Shown: positions 11,584 to 21,583 of the stretch, one piece after another
How positions within the stretch are numbered: the first letter of the stretch is position 1
How the letters are laid out: the number at the start of each line of letters is the position of its first letter
Assembly (NCBI GenBank): GCA_963806535.1
Contig: CAWDYC010000006.1
Coordinates: 32,001-96,000, forward strand
Length of the DNA stretch: 64,000 bases
From: Candidatus Bathyarchaeota archaeon
Lineage (GTDB): Archaea; Thermoproteota; Bathyarchaeia; Bathyarchaeales; Bathycorpusculaceae
Direction: 5' to 3'
Position numbers and translations under genes: made by a program
The notes under the pieces: generated by a model
What the model was told of the DNA's origin: nothing
The model's database searches: none
Seen by the model: only the letters and a program-made list of their open reading frames with translations

Positions 11584-12018
11584 CTAACTATAAGTTGTAT
11601 CTATGTTAAGGTTCCCACGATCACGCTTAAGGATCCTAACTTTTTCAGGAAGCTTATTTTTTTCCCAATCCGTCCAACTGATTTCTTTAAAAAGCCAACG
11701 TTTGCCCAGGTGTGCTGCGACAACGGCGTGCTTGTGAGAGTTATCTGAAGGTATAAATTGATCAAGAAACCTGAAAAGTTTGTCGATTTGCTGTCTAGGA
11801 AAGTAGGCGTAGTAGCTGGCGTTTTTTACTTCAAAAGCGTAATTGTGCCCACCTTTTCTAGCCATTATGTCGGGCAAGGGGTTGAGGCTTGGATTACTTA
11901 CTGGAACCCGGACAGCGTAGTAACCCTTTTTCTGGAGCAACTTGACTAATACGGTTTCACTGTAGAAACCTCTTTTCCGCCAGCGACGTAGTCTTATGCG
12001 ATCAAGGTCTGTACTCAC
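11584..12018 (-). CDS. hjc: Archaeal Holliday junction resolvase (Hjc family)
   Basis: KRGFYSE...KKGYYAVRVPVS...PDIMA...AFEVK. Confidence 0.8.
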   Translation of the reverse strand: MSTDLDRIRLRRWRKRGFYSETVLVKLLQKKGYYAVRVPVSNPSLNPLPDIMARKGGHNYAFEVKNASYYAYFPRQQIDKLFRFLDQFIPSDNSHKHAVVAAHLGKRWLFKEISWTDWEKNKLPEKVRILKRDRGNLNIDTTYS

Positions 12019-12099
12019 ATTTTCACCTGAATGTTTGCTGAATTATCGGTGCTTTAGGCATAAAAATTGTTGCTCTTGTACACCAAAGAATTGTGTTAT

Positions 12100-12117
12100 G
12101 TTGATGCTTTCGTATAC
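12100..12117 (+). repeat. Dispersed motif copy GTTGATGCTTTCGTATAC
   Basis: 17/18 match to the core; lies upstream of hjc. Confidence 0.8.
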
Positions 12118-13826
12118 GCTTGTTATTGGTTAGTGGTTCAGGAGGGCACTGGTGAACATTAAAACTCAATATAATACTAACTCCACCAAAACCACTGACT
12201 TAGTTGCTATGGTCATTAACACTTTAATAATATTGCCAAATTAGGCTACTCTAAGCGCTTGAAAAGTAAGTGCTGAACCCGAAAAAACTTGAATGAAGAG
12301 CGTTAAAAGCAGAATTTTCACGCGCCGTCGAAAGGTTAGAGGACATAAAACTATTTCAGCAACTTGGCGGTATGCAGAGGCATCAACCAGATTACCTCAT
12401 ACGGAACCAGTATGATCCGCTCTCTCATCAATAATGGCAGACACACAAATTTGGTATCGCAACACTATTTTGGTGATCCACAGATTTAGCGAGCAAACTT
12501 CGCGCAAAAGTAACTCTGGGCCTAGGAAAAATTTGTTCAATTTCTTTTCCCAAAAAGAGGATTTGACCATTTGTCCTTGAAGGGAGCTGAAAAATCTGCA
12601 ACACTAAAAAATCTTGCTCGTTTATAATAAAAATTAATTTCTTAATTTCTTCTCTAAAATCGGCAAATTTTTTATGATCTTTGGGAAAATTGCGAAAACA
12701 CTCGAAGAGCGGACGAAAAAATCGGCTTTTGCTTCGCATGGAGATTTTCGGGGGTACTTATATGAGGCCCCGATATTCCCCATGCCAATGCTTTGGCAGT
12801 AGTGTAAAAACGTCTAAATTAAGGCTTTTTAGGTATTTTAAGCTTAAATCATCGTTTTAAATTATCGTTTCCATAGAAAAAAATTGGTTGTTTTTTAGCT
12901 TCCATCATTTCGGAATAAAACACCATTATAATGCTTAATTTATGGAAAAATAAGCCATAATTGAGATTGTTTTATCAAATAGGGTTAAACGCTACAGCGT
13001 TTACTGAACGTTGCGAGAACTCAAGAAGAACCTGAAAATTTTCTGTTAATAAAATAATTGTCTGGTTTCACTTGCGCCTATAAAGTAATTTTTCTTTAAA
13101 ACCTTGACCGCTAACGTTAACTTTAATTTCGCAGAATTATCTTTGCTTACTTAGGCCTCTGAATAGATCTCTTAAGAAATTGGTAGTCTGACCAGGGGAA
13201 CTTTTTCATTTGAAGCCGATTAATTTAGAATTGCCAAAAAATTGCGCGAATGTATGTTTTTTTGTACTCGGCTAGAGTTATATTTTTTATGATTTATTTG
13301 TTTTGAAAAGTTAAGCTATTTTTTCCGGATAGACTGCCAATTAATGACAGATTTTCAGGTTGCAGAAAATTGTCAAAAAAACTGAAGCTGACAATATAGT
13401 TCCACTCTAAAGTGTCCTAAAATGTTTTTTCAAATAATAGGCTAAGACGCTGATTTGAGAACGATAATCTTCGACCTGGTACAAAAATGGATTTCAAATA
13501 AAAAAATGGTGTTCTTTACTTAAACTAAATCATCTTTGTCATCTTGGGGATAATGGAACTGCACTATTGCATGTGTTAAGCTTGCCTAAACAATACTGAT
13601 GTGGAATCACTGCTTGAATCACAGATTGATACTGGCGGGTATGGTGGCATTCGTATTACTGAATTATTCACCTATCACGAGTCACAGCGAGCCAAAAAAA
13701 AGAGAATAATAAAAAATGAAAAAAAGAAATAAGCTTAAGTTTTTTAATTCTAAGCATAATTGGAGTGTAAAATTCCCGCTGCAGTTTCTAGCTTCGTGGA
13801 TCATTCTTGATAAGCCTGCTTATTTT

Positions 13827-13854
13827 GTATACAAAAGCATCAACCAAACCCATT
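13827..13854 (-). repeat. Dispersed motif copy (inverted)
   Basis: GTATACAAAAGCATCAACCAAACCCATT is the exact reverse complement of 10517-10544. Confidence 0.85.
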
Positions 13855-14741
13855 CGTTAAGCGTATGAGTGCTATGTTATAGCACGGAATAACACCGTTG
13901 TTATCAATTTTGATTCCGGACAAGAAAAATATTTAAAAAATTATCAATTGCGTTTTCTGAGTAGTTGGATTGTATCTCCATAATTTGAAGCGGTGAATTG
14001 ATTTATTCACGATTCGTCAAACTCACTGGGTAGGTCGGTCCCACCCTGTACTATTATTGTGAGCAATCAAAGATTATGTGTCTTGGACCTCGATTTGTAT
14101 GTAATCTTGATCTCACTAAACATTTATTATGAGTACTTGTAGGTGAACCCGCGTGAGCAAAATGCTCGTTTCAGAAACTGATTTCCGGAAATCATGGGCT
14201 CAGGAAGAGATGTAAACCGCGCAAGCAATATGGCCATTGTTTTATTTTGATCGATATGAAAGCGCTACCAGTATTAATGAAGTTATTTAGAACAGCTGTA
14301 GACCGGAGTTAACTTGGCTTTTAGTTTCTTAGGTCTATGAAAGTATTCGAATAATTGCGAAGGTTAAATATACATGCGGTCCAAAAGCCAAGATCTTAAA
14401 ATAGCCATTATCTATTAGCACATAAATGTTTTTTCGGAACAAAAAATGTGGTTCAGGGCCACGAAAATGCGCTTTAGGCAGGTTAAAACTGTTATTCTGA
14501 TTAAAATTAATGCTTTTCTTGAAGATGCGAACGACATCTTGGTTTTTAGCTACTTGTTTAGGCAAAGTTGCCATTGCAAAATCTTTTTTGTTAATCGAAA
14601 AATGGTTGGAATGGCTATTTTATACATTTAAAATTCAAAATACAGATCAAATCCTCACCAATAATTAAACATTGCATGCTAATTATTCATGTCTTGTCTC
14701 TTTTTGGCACTTCGGGGTCCGAAAAGAAAAGCCATTTAGAC

Positions 14742-14830
14742 GAAGTAGGACGCGGTGCTAATTCCATCTGTCCTCATTCTTCTTTCAGAGAAGAACAACA
14801 ACCGGTGCTAACAGCGATTGTTATTATTCT
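14742..14830 (+). repeat. Dispersed hairpin element, copy B (diverged)
   Basis: GAAGTAGGAC...GTGCTAATTCCA...GTCCT...TTCTTCTTTCAGAGAAGAACAACA..GTGCTAACA aligns with the reverse complement of 23014-23095. Confidence 0.75.
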
Positions 14831-14895
14831 TCCTTAGATTAGAAACATTTTTCAACAATATACAATTTAAAAATACTTGAGAGAAGGAGCAAAAC

Positions 14896-15312
14896 ATGTC
14901 AAACTTTAAAGTTGTGAACCGCAACATCAATTTCACCACGAAAGGCGAAATAGATTTTCTGGATCTAACAGACAAAATTCAAGAAGAGGTAACAAGTTCA
15001 GGTATAAAAAACGGGTTAGTCCATGTATTTGCGCCACATGCGACAGGCATCCTAATTTTAACGGAAAACGATGACGCTCTCCTCCTTGACGTCAAGGCAT
15101 TGCTCGAAGAACTCGCGCCAAAACAAAAAGCGTACCAGCACCCATCTAATGCTTATTCACATTTGCGATCAATACTTCTTCCACCAGATAAGACCCTCCC
15201 AATAATTAATGGCAACGTGACGTTTGGAACTTGGCAATCTTTGCTATTTGTAGAAACCGACGTTTATCCCAGAAAAAGAACGGTAATTATTCAAGTCTTG
15301 GGTGAACAGTAA
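14896..15312 (+). CDS. YjbQ/UPF0047 secondary thiamine-phosphate synthase family
   Basis: PHATG..LTEN, NAYSHLRS and FGTWQS motifs. Confidence 0.9.
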   Translation: MSNFKVVNRNINFTTKGEIDFLDLTDKIQEEVTSSGIKNGLVHVFAPHATGILILTENDDALLLDVKALLEELAPKQKAYQHPSNAYSHLRSILLPPDKTLPIINGNVTFGTWQSLLFVETDVYPRKRTVIIQVLGEQ

Positions 15313-15860
15313 CCACGAAAAATAAACCAAACGCTTCTTTTTAATAGCTACTTAATTTTAAAGTTTCTGCCTTTCGTTTCTCGTACCGCAAAAAAAACAC
15401 CCCTTGACATCCTAATTTAATCTTTTATATGTAATTAGGCAAACAAGCATGAGCTTTTTTAACTAATTATTGTAAAAACTGATCATTCGAAGAAATTTCG
15501 TAGACTGCCTGAGAAATATTTGTCTCAACTTTTCTAAGAAAACGTTGAAGGGAGAAATAACAACGCAACTATTCAATCATCCTAATTCAAACACCAGCAT
15601 TTTTAACTTGTGACACAGAAAAGAAGCGCCTGGAAGGGAAAAAAACTACACCAATCTTTTAGAGAAAGAAAGAAAATTTTATAACAGGTTCTAAAAAGCC
15701 ATATTTGTAGCGTAATCAGACACATTTTTAGCGCAGATGTCTTCCAAAATATAGTTGAATCATATTTGTTCTAGTAAAGCCGAAAAGGGAAGAAAGAAAT
15801 GTGGTTTTTTGTGCCTTCAAATTCTATGATTATATAAGCTTCGCTGTACTTCGAGAAAGG

Positions 15861-16589
15861 TTAGCCTTTTCTCTCTGTGCGGATCCTTTTAGAGGAGCCT
15901 CGGGGGCGCATCCGTGCTTTCTTCTTTACGGCAGACCTCTCTGTAGGTTTCTCCTCCATTATGTCGGGGGCAGCTTCTTCTAGAGGTAAAGTGTCAACAA
16001 CATCTGGAAAATCATCGTTTTCAGCTTGTTCAGCTCCAGCTTTGAACATCGTTACAAACGCGCGATCTACATCCCCTGGCTCTGCGTTAATACCTAAAGT
16101 AGCGTCTGTAAGTACCACTGTCTCGTAACCAAGTTTGCGGGCATCAAGAACCGTGTTAACAACGCAGTAATCAGTTGCTAACCCCCCAATGAAGAGGCGT
16201 TTAACCTCACACATCTTTAATTCGTGTGCAAAGCTGGTTCCATCAAAGACGGAATAAGATTCATGTTCAGGGTTTGTAGCTTTTGAAATAACTCCAATGA
16301 TGGAGGACAGTTTGAGGTCAGGACTAAATTTGGCGCCTTCTGTATCTTGAACGCAATGGGGAGGCCATGGCCCACCTTGTGCTTTAAAGGAGATGTGATT
16401 TATCGGATGCCAATCTCTAGATGCAAAAATGTGCGCTTTGGCATCTGCAAAATGTTTTATGTATGCGTTAAGTACAGGAATTATTTCGTTTCCTCCTTCA
16501 ATGGGGAGAGCGCCTCCTGGCAGGAAATCTTTTTGGATATCTGTTATCAACAGGGCATCAGAATTTATTGTATTATATTTTGTTTTCAA
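15861..16589 (-). CDS. pncA: Nicotinamidase/pyrazinamidase
   Basis: DIQKDFLPGGAL, RDWHP, WPPHCVQ and GLATDYCV motifs. Confidence 0.92.
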   Translation of the reverse strand: MKTKYNTINSDALLITDIQKDFLPGGALPIEGGNEIIPVLNAYIKHFADAKAHIFASRDWHPINHISFKAQGGPWPPHCVQDTEGAKFSPDLKLSSIIGVISKATNPEHESYSVFDGTSFAHELKMCEVKRLFIGGLATDYCVVNTVLDARKLGYETVVLTDATLGINAEPGDVDRAFVTMFKAGAEQAENDDFPDVVDTLPLEEAAPDIMEEKPTERSAVKKKARMRPRGSSKRIRTERKG

Positions 16590-16737
16590 TCAAGTCACCT
16601 TATTTTTCCTTCAAGAAATTGTTTAGAAATTAAGATAAAAATAAGTAGATACTATTGAATAAACATTTTGAAATAAATAAAGCGCTCAATGGAAAAGTAA
16701 TTAAAGTTTTATGACTTTAATGGAATAGTGAAAAAAC

Positions 16738-17007
16738 ATGTCAGTTTTAGCTTATGTTCTTTTTAAAGTTGCGTCTGGAACAGAACGTGAAGTTGCTCAG
16801 AAAATGATTGAATTTCAAGAGGTAATGCAAGCAGACGTGGTTTTCGGCGAATACGATGTAATAGCAAGGGTAACAACAACCGATTTGGAAAAGCTGCAAG
16901 ATTTCGTTTCAGACGAAATAAGAACGGTCCCGAACGTGCTTATTACTTCTACAATGATAATTTCAAAAGAATATAAAGGAAAAGTCTGTCGGCCTAAGAA
17001 CAAGTGA
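16738..17007 (+). CDS. Lrp/AsnC ligand-binding (RAM) domain protein
   Basis: AYVLFKV...VFGEYDVIARV...TSTMI. Confidence 0.88.
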   Translation: MSVLAYVLFKVASGTEREVAQKMIEFQEVMQADVVFGEYDVIARVTTTDLEKLQDFVSDEIRTVPNVLITSTMIISKEYKGKVCRPKNK

Positions 17008-17021
17008 TTTTTAGTTGTTTT

Positions 17022-17039
17022 GTTGATGCTTTTGTATAC
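17022..17039 (+). repeat. Dispersed motif copy GTTGATGCTTTTGTATAC
   Basis: Exact core match; intergenic. Confidence 0.85.
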
Positions 17040-17094
17040 CATTAAGGATAGGCTTATCTTTTAACTAGTCGCAATAAAATAGAAGGCGTTAAAC

Positions 17095-18636
17095 ATGCAG
17101 AAAAAAAGCAGCAACGAGTTCATTACAAGTAGGGAAATGCGTGCCCTAGAAACCAATGCGGGATACTTCGGCATTTCTTTGCTTCAATTAATGGAAAACG
17201 CCGGACGCAATATAGCTCAAGAAGTTATTTCACGTTTCCCAAAAGGAAAAAAAATCGCTATTTTCTGCGGTTTAGGTGGAAATGGGGGTGATGGGTTTGT
17301 TGCAGCAAGACACCTTCTGATCGCAGGGTACGCCGTAACCATAATTCTTATTGGTAAAGCCCGTGATATCAGCCATGAAGCTACATTGCAGAACTGGTCA
17401 ATTCTTCAGCATTTGCAGGAAAAGATTTCACTGAAAGAAATAAATGATAGCTCAGAAATACCTAAAGTATCAGTTGACGTTATAATTGATGCCTTGCTTG
17501 GAACAGGTACAAAAGGGCAACTTAAGTCACCAGTTTGCCAAGTGGTTGAGTACATTAATTCTTTGAAGGCTTTCAAACTATCGGTTGATGTTCCTACCGG
17601 CATAGATTCAGACACAGGAGAAGTTTTAGGAACAGCGGTTAGAGCTGATCTCACAGTTACTTTCCATAAAAGCAAAATAGGTTTGGACAAAGCCAAAAAA
17701 TATGTTGGCGATTTAATTGTGAAGGATATTGGCTTGCCGACTGAATTAGAGAAGTTTGCCGGTCCTGGAGATGTTAATCTTGTCAAGAAACCGCGCAGTC
17801 CATCTGCTCACAAAGGCGATTTTGGACGGTTGCTAGTTATCGGGGGAAGTGAAGTATATTCAGGTGCTCCAACCTTAGTTTCGCTGGGTGCATTGAGAAC
17901 AGGTGCTGATCTTGTTTATCTTGCAGCGCCAATGAAAGCGGCATATTCAATTTCTTCAATTTCTCCAGACCTGATTACGATAAAGCTTGATGGTAACAAT
18001 CTAAACCCGAGCAACATTGAAACAATAAAACCTTATTTGAACATGGTTGACGCTGTTGCACTGGGTCCAGGCCTAGGACAAAATATTGAAACCGTGGATT
18101 TCGTTAAGCTATGCATTGAAGAAATTGAGAAGGCAGATAAACCCCTACTTTTGGATGCTGACGGTCTTAAAGCATTTGCAAAGTTTAAAAGAGTCCTGAA
18201 AGTGCCTCTGGTTTTGACGCCTCATTCGGGAGAATACACCATTCTTACCGGTGAAACTCTCGCAGAAAATCAAGATGAGCGTGCTTTGGCAGTCCAGAAA
18301 AACGCGAAAAAACTCAAAGCAGTGATTTTGGTAAAAGGGAAAGTTGATGTCGTTTGCAATTCTGAAAAGATTAAGCTTAATTTTACGGGCAATGCTGGCA
18401 TGACAGTTGGTGGCACAGGGGACGTTTTAAGCGGAATCGTTTCTGGTTTGATTGCTCAGCACGTTGATCCGTTTGAAGCAGCAGTCGCTGGTGCCTTCGT
18501 TAATGGAGCTGCGGGCGATTTTGTCGCAGAAGAAATAGGTTTTCATATGGTAGCGACGGACATTATTGATTGGATTCCTCGGCTTTTGGATGATCCAATG
18601 AGTCACTTGAAGGTGCGCAAACCAATTGGAAAATAA
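17095..18636 (+). CDS. nnr: Bifunctional NAD(P)H-hydrate epimerase/dehydratase
   Basis: LMENAG, GNGGDG, DALLGTG, HKGDFG, LLLDADG and GGTGDVL motifs. Confidence 0.95.
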   Translation: MQKKSSNEFITSREMRALETNAGYFGISLLQLMENAGRNIAQEVISRFPKGKKIAIFCGLGGNGGDGFVAARHLLIAGYAVTIILIGKARDISHEATLQNWSILQHLQEKISLKEINDSSEIPKVSVDVIIDALLGTGTKGQLKSPVCQVVEYINSLKAFKLSVDVPTGIDSDTGEVLGTAVRADLTVTFHKSKIGLDKAKKYVGDLIVKDIGLPTELEKFAGPGDVNLVKKPRSPSAHKGDFGRLLVIGGSEVYSGAPTLVSLGALRTGADLVYLAAPMKAAYSISSISPDLITIKLDGNNLNPSNIETIKPYLNMVDAVALGPGLGQNIETVDFVKLCIEEIEKADKPLLLDADGLKAFAKFKRVLKVPLVLTPHSGEYTILTGETLAENQDERALAVQKNAKKLKAVILVKGKVDVVCNSEKIKLNFTGNAGMTVGGTGDVLSGIVSGLIAQHVDPFEAAVAGAFVNGAAGDFVAEEIGFHMVATDIIDWIPRLLDDPMSHLKVRKPIGK

Positions 18637-19183
18637 CGCCGAACCTGCAGCTCCAAAATTTCCTTTGCGAATTACAATTTATCATGCAGCCCAAGATGAT
18701 CCTAAAAAAAATACTGCATTAAGACTGAAACGTCGAGGATTTGCCCGAATAGTTACTCGGACACGTTTTCTGCCAAAACGAGCATTAGTGCTAAATCCTT
18801 TCGGCGAAATAGCATTTTCGCCAGCAGACAGAGAACGAATTCAGAAATTCGGGTTGGCCGCCGTTGATTGCAGTTGGGAACATGCCCAAAAAGTCATGAG
18901 TACTCGTGTAAAAGGAACCAGCCGCTGCTTACCCATCCTAATTGCGGGAAACCCCGTTAATTTCGGGAAGCTAACCAAACTAACTACTGCCGAAGCAATT
19001 GGAGCTGCCTTGTATATTGCAGGTTTTAAAAAAGAGTCAGAAGATCTTTTGTCGATTTTTACTTGGGGCCATTCATTTTTTGAATTAAACGGTATGTTAC
19101 TTGACAATTACGTTAAGGCTAAGGATAGCGGTGAAATCGTTGAAATGCAAACAAAACTTTTGAAACCCAAAAAATGCCTCTAA
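18626..19183 (+). CDS. tsr3: 16S rRNA aminocarboxypropyltransferase Tsr3 (DUF367)
   Basis: DDPKKNT, VDCSW, LPILIAGNPVNFG and FTWGHSFFELN motifs. Confidence 0.92.
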   Translation: MENNAEPAAPKFPLRITIYHAAQDDPKKNTALRLKRRGFARIVTRTRFLPKRALVLNPFGEIAFSPADRERIQKFGLAAVDCSWEHAQKVMSTRVKGTSRCLPILIAGNPVNFGKLTKLTTAEAIGAALYIAGFKKESEDLLSIFTWGHSFFELNGMLLDNYVKAKDSGEIVEMQTKLLKPKKCL

Positions 19184-19192
19184 CTGTGTTTT

Positions 19193-19210
19193 GTTGATGC
19201 TTTTGTATAC
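19193..19210 (+). repeat. Dispersed motif copy GTTGATGCTTTTGTATAC
   Basis: Exact core match just after the tsr3 stop. Confidence 0.85.
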
Positions 19211-19267
19211 GAAACCTGAATGCTTATAGCAAACCACGGTAAAAATGATTAAAGTGCTATGGTGAGG

Positions 19268-19920
19268 ATGGTGGAAGCTCGGAATACATAACGGATTTCT
19301 ATCTATTCTTAGCTTCAGTTGTACTTATCTCACTCTCAGGAGTCCTAGTGCCTGGACCATTGTTTGCAGTAACACTCAAAAAAGCAGCTAAAAGCAAAGC
19401 GGCAGGCGTTTTAATTGCAATTGGTCATGGGATAGTTGAGTTTCCGATAATGTTTCTGATTTTCTTTTTACTAAGTCAATTTAATATTCCAAATATTGTT
19501 CAGGTAATCGTGGGTTTGGTAGGCGGCTTCTTGATGATTCTGATGGGCATTCAAACATTTAGAAACAGACATGAAAAAGAAGAATCGCGTCTAAGTTTAA
19601 AACGGGATTCTGTGTTTGCTGGAGTTTACACGACTGCAGTTAATGCAGGTTTTATTTTGTGGTGGTTAACGATTGGCACTACCTTGATACTTAATGCTCA
19701 ACTTTTCGGCTTTTTTGGTTTTTCGGTTTTTGCGGGTGTTCATTGGCTATGCGACTTCTCTTGGTACAGTGTTGCGGCATTAGTGATTTTTAAGTCACAA
19801 CGCTTTTGGAACAATCGAGTGAGAATGGGGATTACAATTTTTTGTGTGGCAGTTTTCATTGGTTTTGGAGCATACTTCATGGGTTCTGCCTTATGGTCCT
19901 TAATTGGTACAGTTATATAG
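19268..19920 (+). CDS. LysE-family transporter (start uncertain)
   Basis: ISLSGVLVPGP, GHGIVE and HWLCD motifs. Frame is open upstream of the track start at 19348. Confidence 0.85.
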
Positions 19921-19941
19921 AAAGATGAAAGAGTAATATTC

Positions 19942-20514
19942 ATGGAGTTTCAAGTTGGAAATTCAATTGTGCAGCTAATAAAAGGCGATATTACAGACAT
20001 CGACATAGATGCAATTGTTAATGCAGCAAATTCGTCTCTTATGGGTGGTGGCGGAGTAGACGGAGCCATACATGAAAAAGGTGGACCTAAAATTCTTGAA
20101 GAATGCAAACGAATAAGAGCAACTGAATGGCCTGATGGATTGCCAACCGGAAAAGCAGTAATTACTTCAGGCGGTAACTTGAAGGCTAAATACGTTATTC
20201 ACACGGTTGGGCCAGTGTGGCTGGGAGGCTTCCACGTTGAAGCCGAACTACTAAAGCAAGCATATAGAAACTCGATGAAGCTTGCAGTTAGCAAAGGAAT
20301 TAAGTCGGTTGCGTTTCCGTCGATTAGCACTGGAGCTTACGGATATCCCGTAGATGAAGCCAGTCGTATCGCAATAAAAACGGTGAAAGAATTTTTGGAA
20401 AAAGACGAGAGGCTTACAAAGGTTATTTTAGTTTTGTTTTCTGAGCGAGATTTAGAAGTCTATATAGAAGCGGCAAAATCGATTGTGTATTCAAAGGGCT
20501 TCCGTCATTCTTGA
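19942..20514 (+). CDS. Macrodomain O-acetyl-ADP-ribose deacetylase (YmdB-like)
   Basis: GDIT, IVNAAN, GGGGVDGAIH, HTVGP and ISTGAYGYP motifs. Confidence 0.92.
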   Translation: MEFQVGNSIVQLIKGDITDIDIDAIVNAANSSLMGGGGVDGAIHEKGGPKILEECKRIRATEWPDGLPTGKAVITSGGNLKAKYVIHTVGPVWLGGFHVEAELLKQAYRNSMKLAVSKGIKSVAFPSISTGAYGYPVDEASRIAIKTVKEFLEKDERLTKVILVLFSERDLEVYIEAAKSIVYSKGFRHS

Positions 20515-20664
20515 CCAATTTATTTGATCAATTTCAGATATGTCTTTTTTATATATATCAATTTTTGGAATATATCAGAAACAAAAATAATTAATATATT
20601 AATACTTACGATAGGTTTTCCGTATTCAAGAACAACACAACAACAAATTAGGAGATTAAGAAAA

Positions 20665-21063
20665 ATGACTCAACAATTACCTGCATTAAGTTTTGAAACA
20701 TCCTTTATCACGGAAAAGCAACCAGTTAAAACGACTTTTGAAGAAGAAATTTCAGAGGCAATCGAAACTGTATTTTCACTTCTTGGAAATGTCAATAAGC
20801 AAGCAATTTATCGTTTTCTCGAAAACAGATGCAACATAAAGAAGGAAGAGATTCCAAATAATATTGCAAAATTTTCAGATGCTTTTGAAGAGACATTCGG
20901 TTCGGTTGCAAAGCTTATAGAGATAAAAATAATTGAAAGACTCCATGCTAAATACAAAGACTTCTCTTATATTCCAGTTAATGGAGATATTGATTTCCGA
21001 GAGTTTATGTCTAATTTTCAGTCTGTATTTGGATGGTTAAACTACCGTCAAGGTCAATGTTGA
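20665..21063 (+). CDS. DUF3227/NitrOD5-like small archaeal protein
   Basis: AIETVFSLLG...IY.FLE...EEIP...FSDAFEETFG.VAKLIE pattern. Probable start at ATG 20665. Confidence 0.55.
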   Translation: MTQQLPALSFETSFITEKQPVKTTFEEEISEAIETVFSLLGNVNKQAIYRFLENRCNIKKEEIPNNIAKFSDAFEETFGSVAKLIEIKIIERLHAKYKDFSYIPVNGDIDFREFMSNFQSVFGWLNYRQGQC

Positions 21064-21339
21064 CGTGATGCTGCTCAGATTTTTTATCTGCTTAAAAACG
21101 ACTTCGCGAAGGTGCTCCAAAGATTCGCCGCTGACTTTTGCGATAATGTCGTATGCTCCGCGTGAATGGTAAAGCTCAAGTACGCCATCAACTTTTTTCA
21201 AATCTTCAAGTGCACTTTTGCTTGAATCTGTCTCGGCAGTAATAAAAACAAAAGCGTGTCTTTTAGGAGTCTGAAGTCTCTTTTCATCAAAACAATATGC
21301 GTTTATTGTAGTGCCTAAATCACCAAAAACATTTTCCAA
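21037..21339 (-). CDS. Lrp/AsnC ligand-binding domain protein
   Basis: AFVFIT...GAYDIIAKV...TSTLTL. Confidence 0.8.
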   Translation of the reverse strand: MENVFGDLGTTINAYCFDEKRLQTPKRHAFVFITAETDSSKSALEDLKKVDGVLELYHSRGAYDIIAKVSGESLEHLREVVFKQIKNLSSITSTLTLTVV

Positions 21340-21583
21340 ACAATTGCACCTCAGTCACAATTAAACTGCCAGGATCATCACTATTAAAGCTGTGTTACCG
21401 TCTAGCTACAACAACAAACCAAAAACACTCAGCATTTGAGCTGGGGTTTGATAATCACTGTCATCTTACCAGGGTATGAAGAAGTCAAACCGCGCCTATT
21501 TGCAATTTTATGCCACCATAAAGGGAAGACCATGAATGGATCTTGTTTTTACTCTATTGACGCAAGCCTAATTACATAATTTT

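Noticed and set aside
12860-13610. ORB elements (GTTCCACT, TGGAAC and TTTCCA fragments)
   Set aside because: Only partial matches, with no G-string and no cdc6 nearby; not enough to call oriC.
12428-14631. ORFs 12428-12739, 14335-14574 and 14446-14631 (similarly 8169-8450)
   Set aside because: Phe/Lys/Ile-rich translations typical of AT-rich non-coding DNA, with no motifs or SD.
10517-19210. CRISPR array interpretation of the 18-28 bp repeats
   Set aside because: Copies are kilobases apart, in both orientations, without regular spacers or cas genes.
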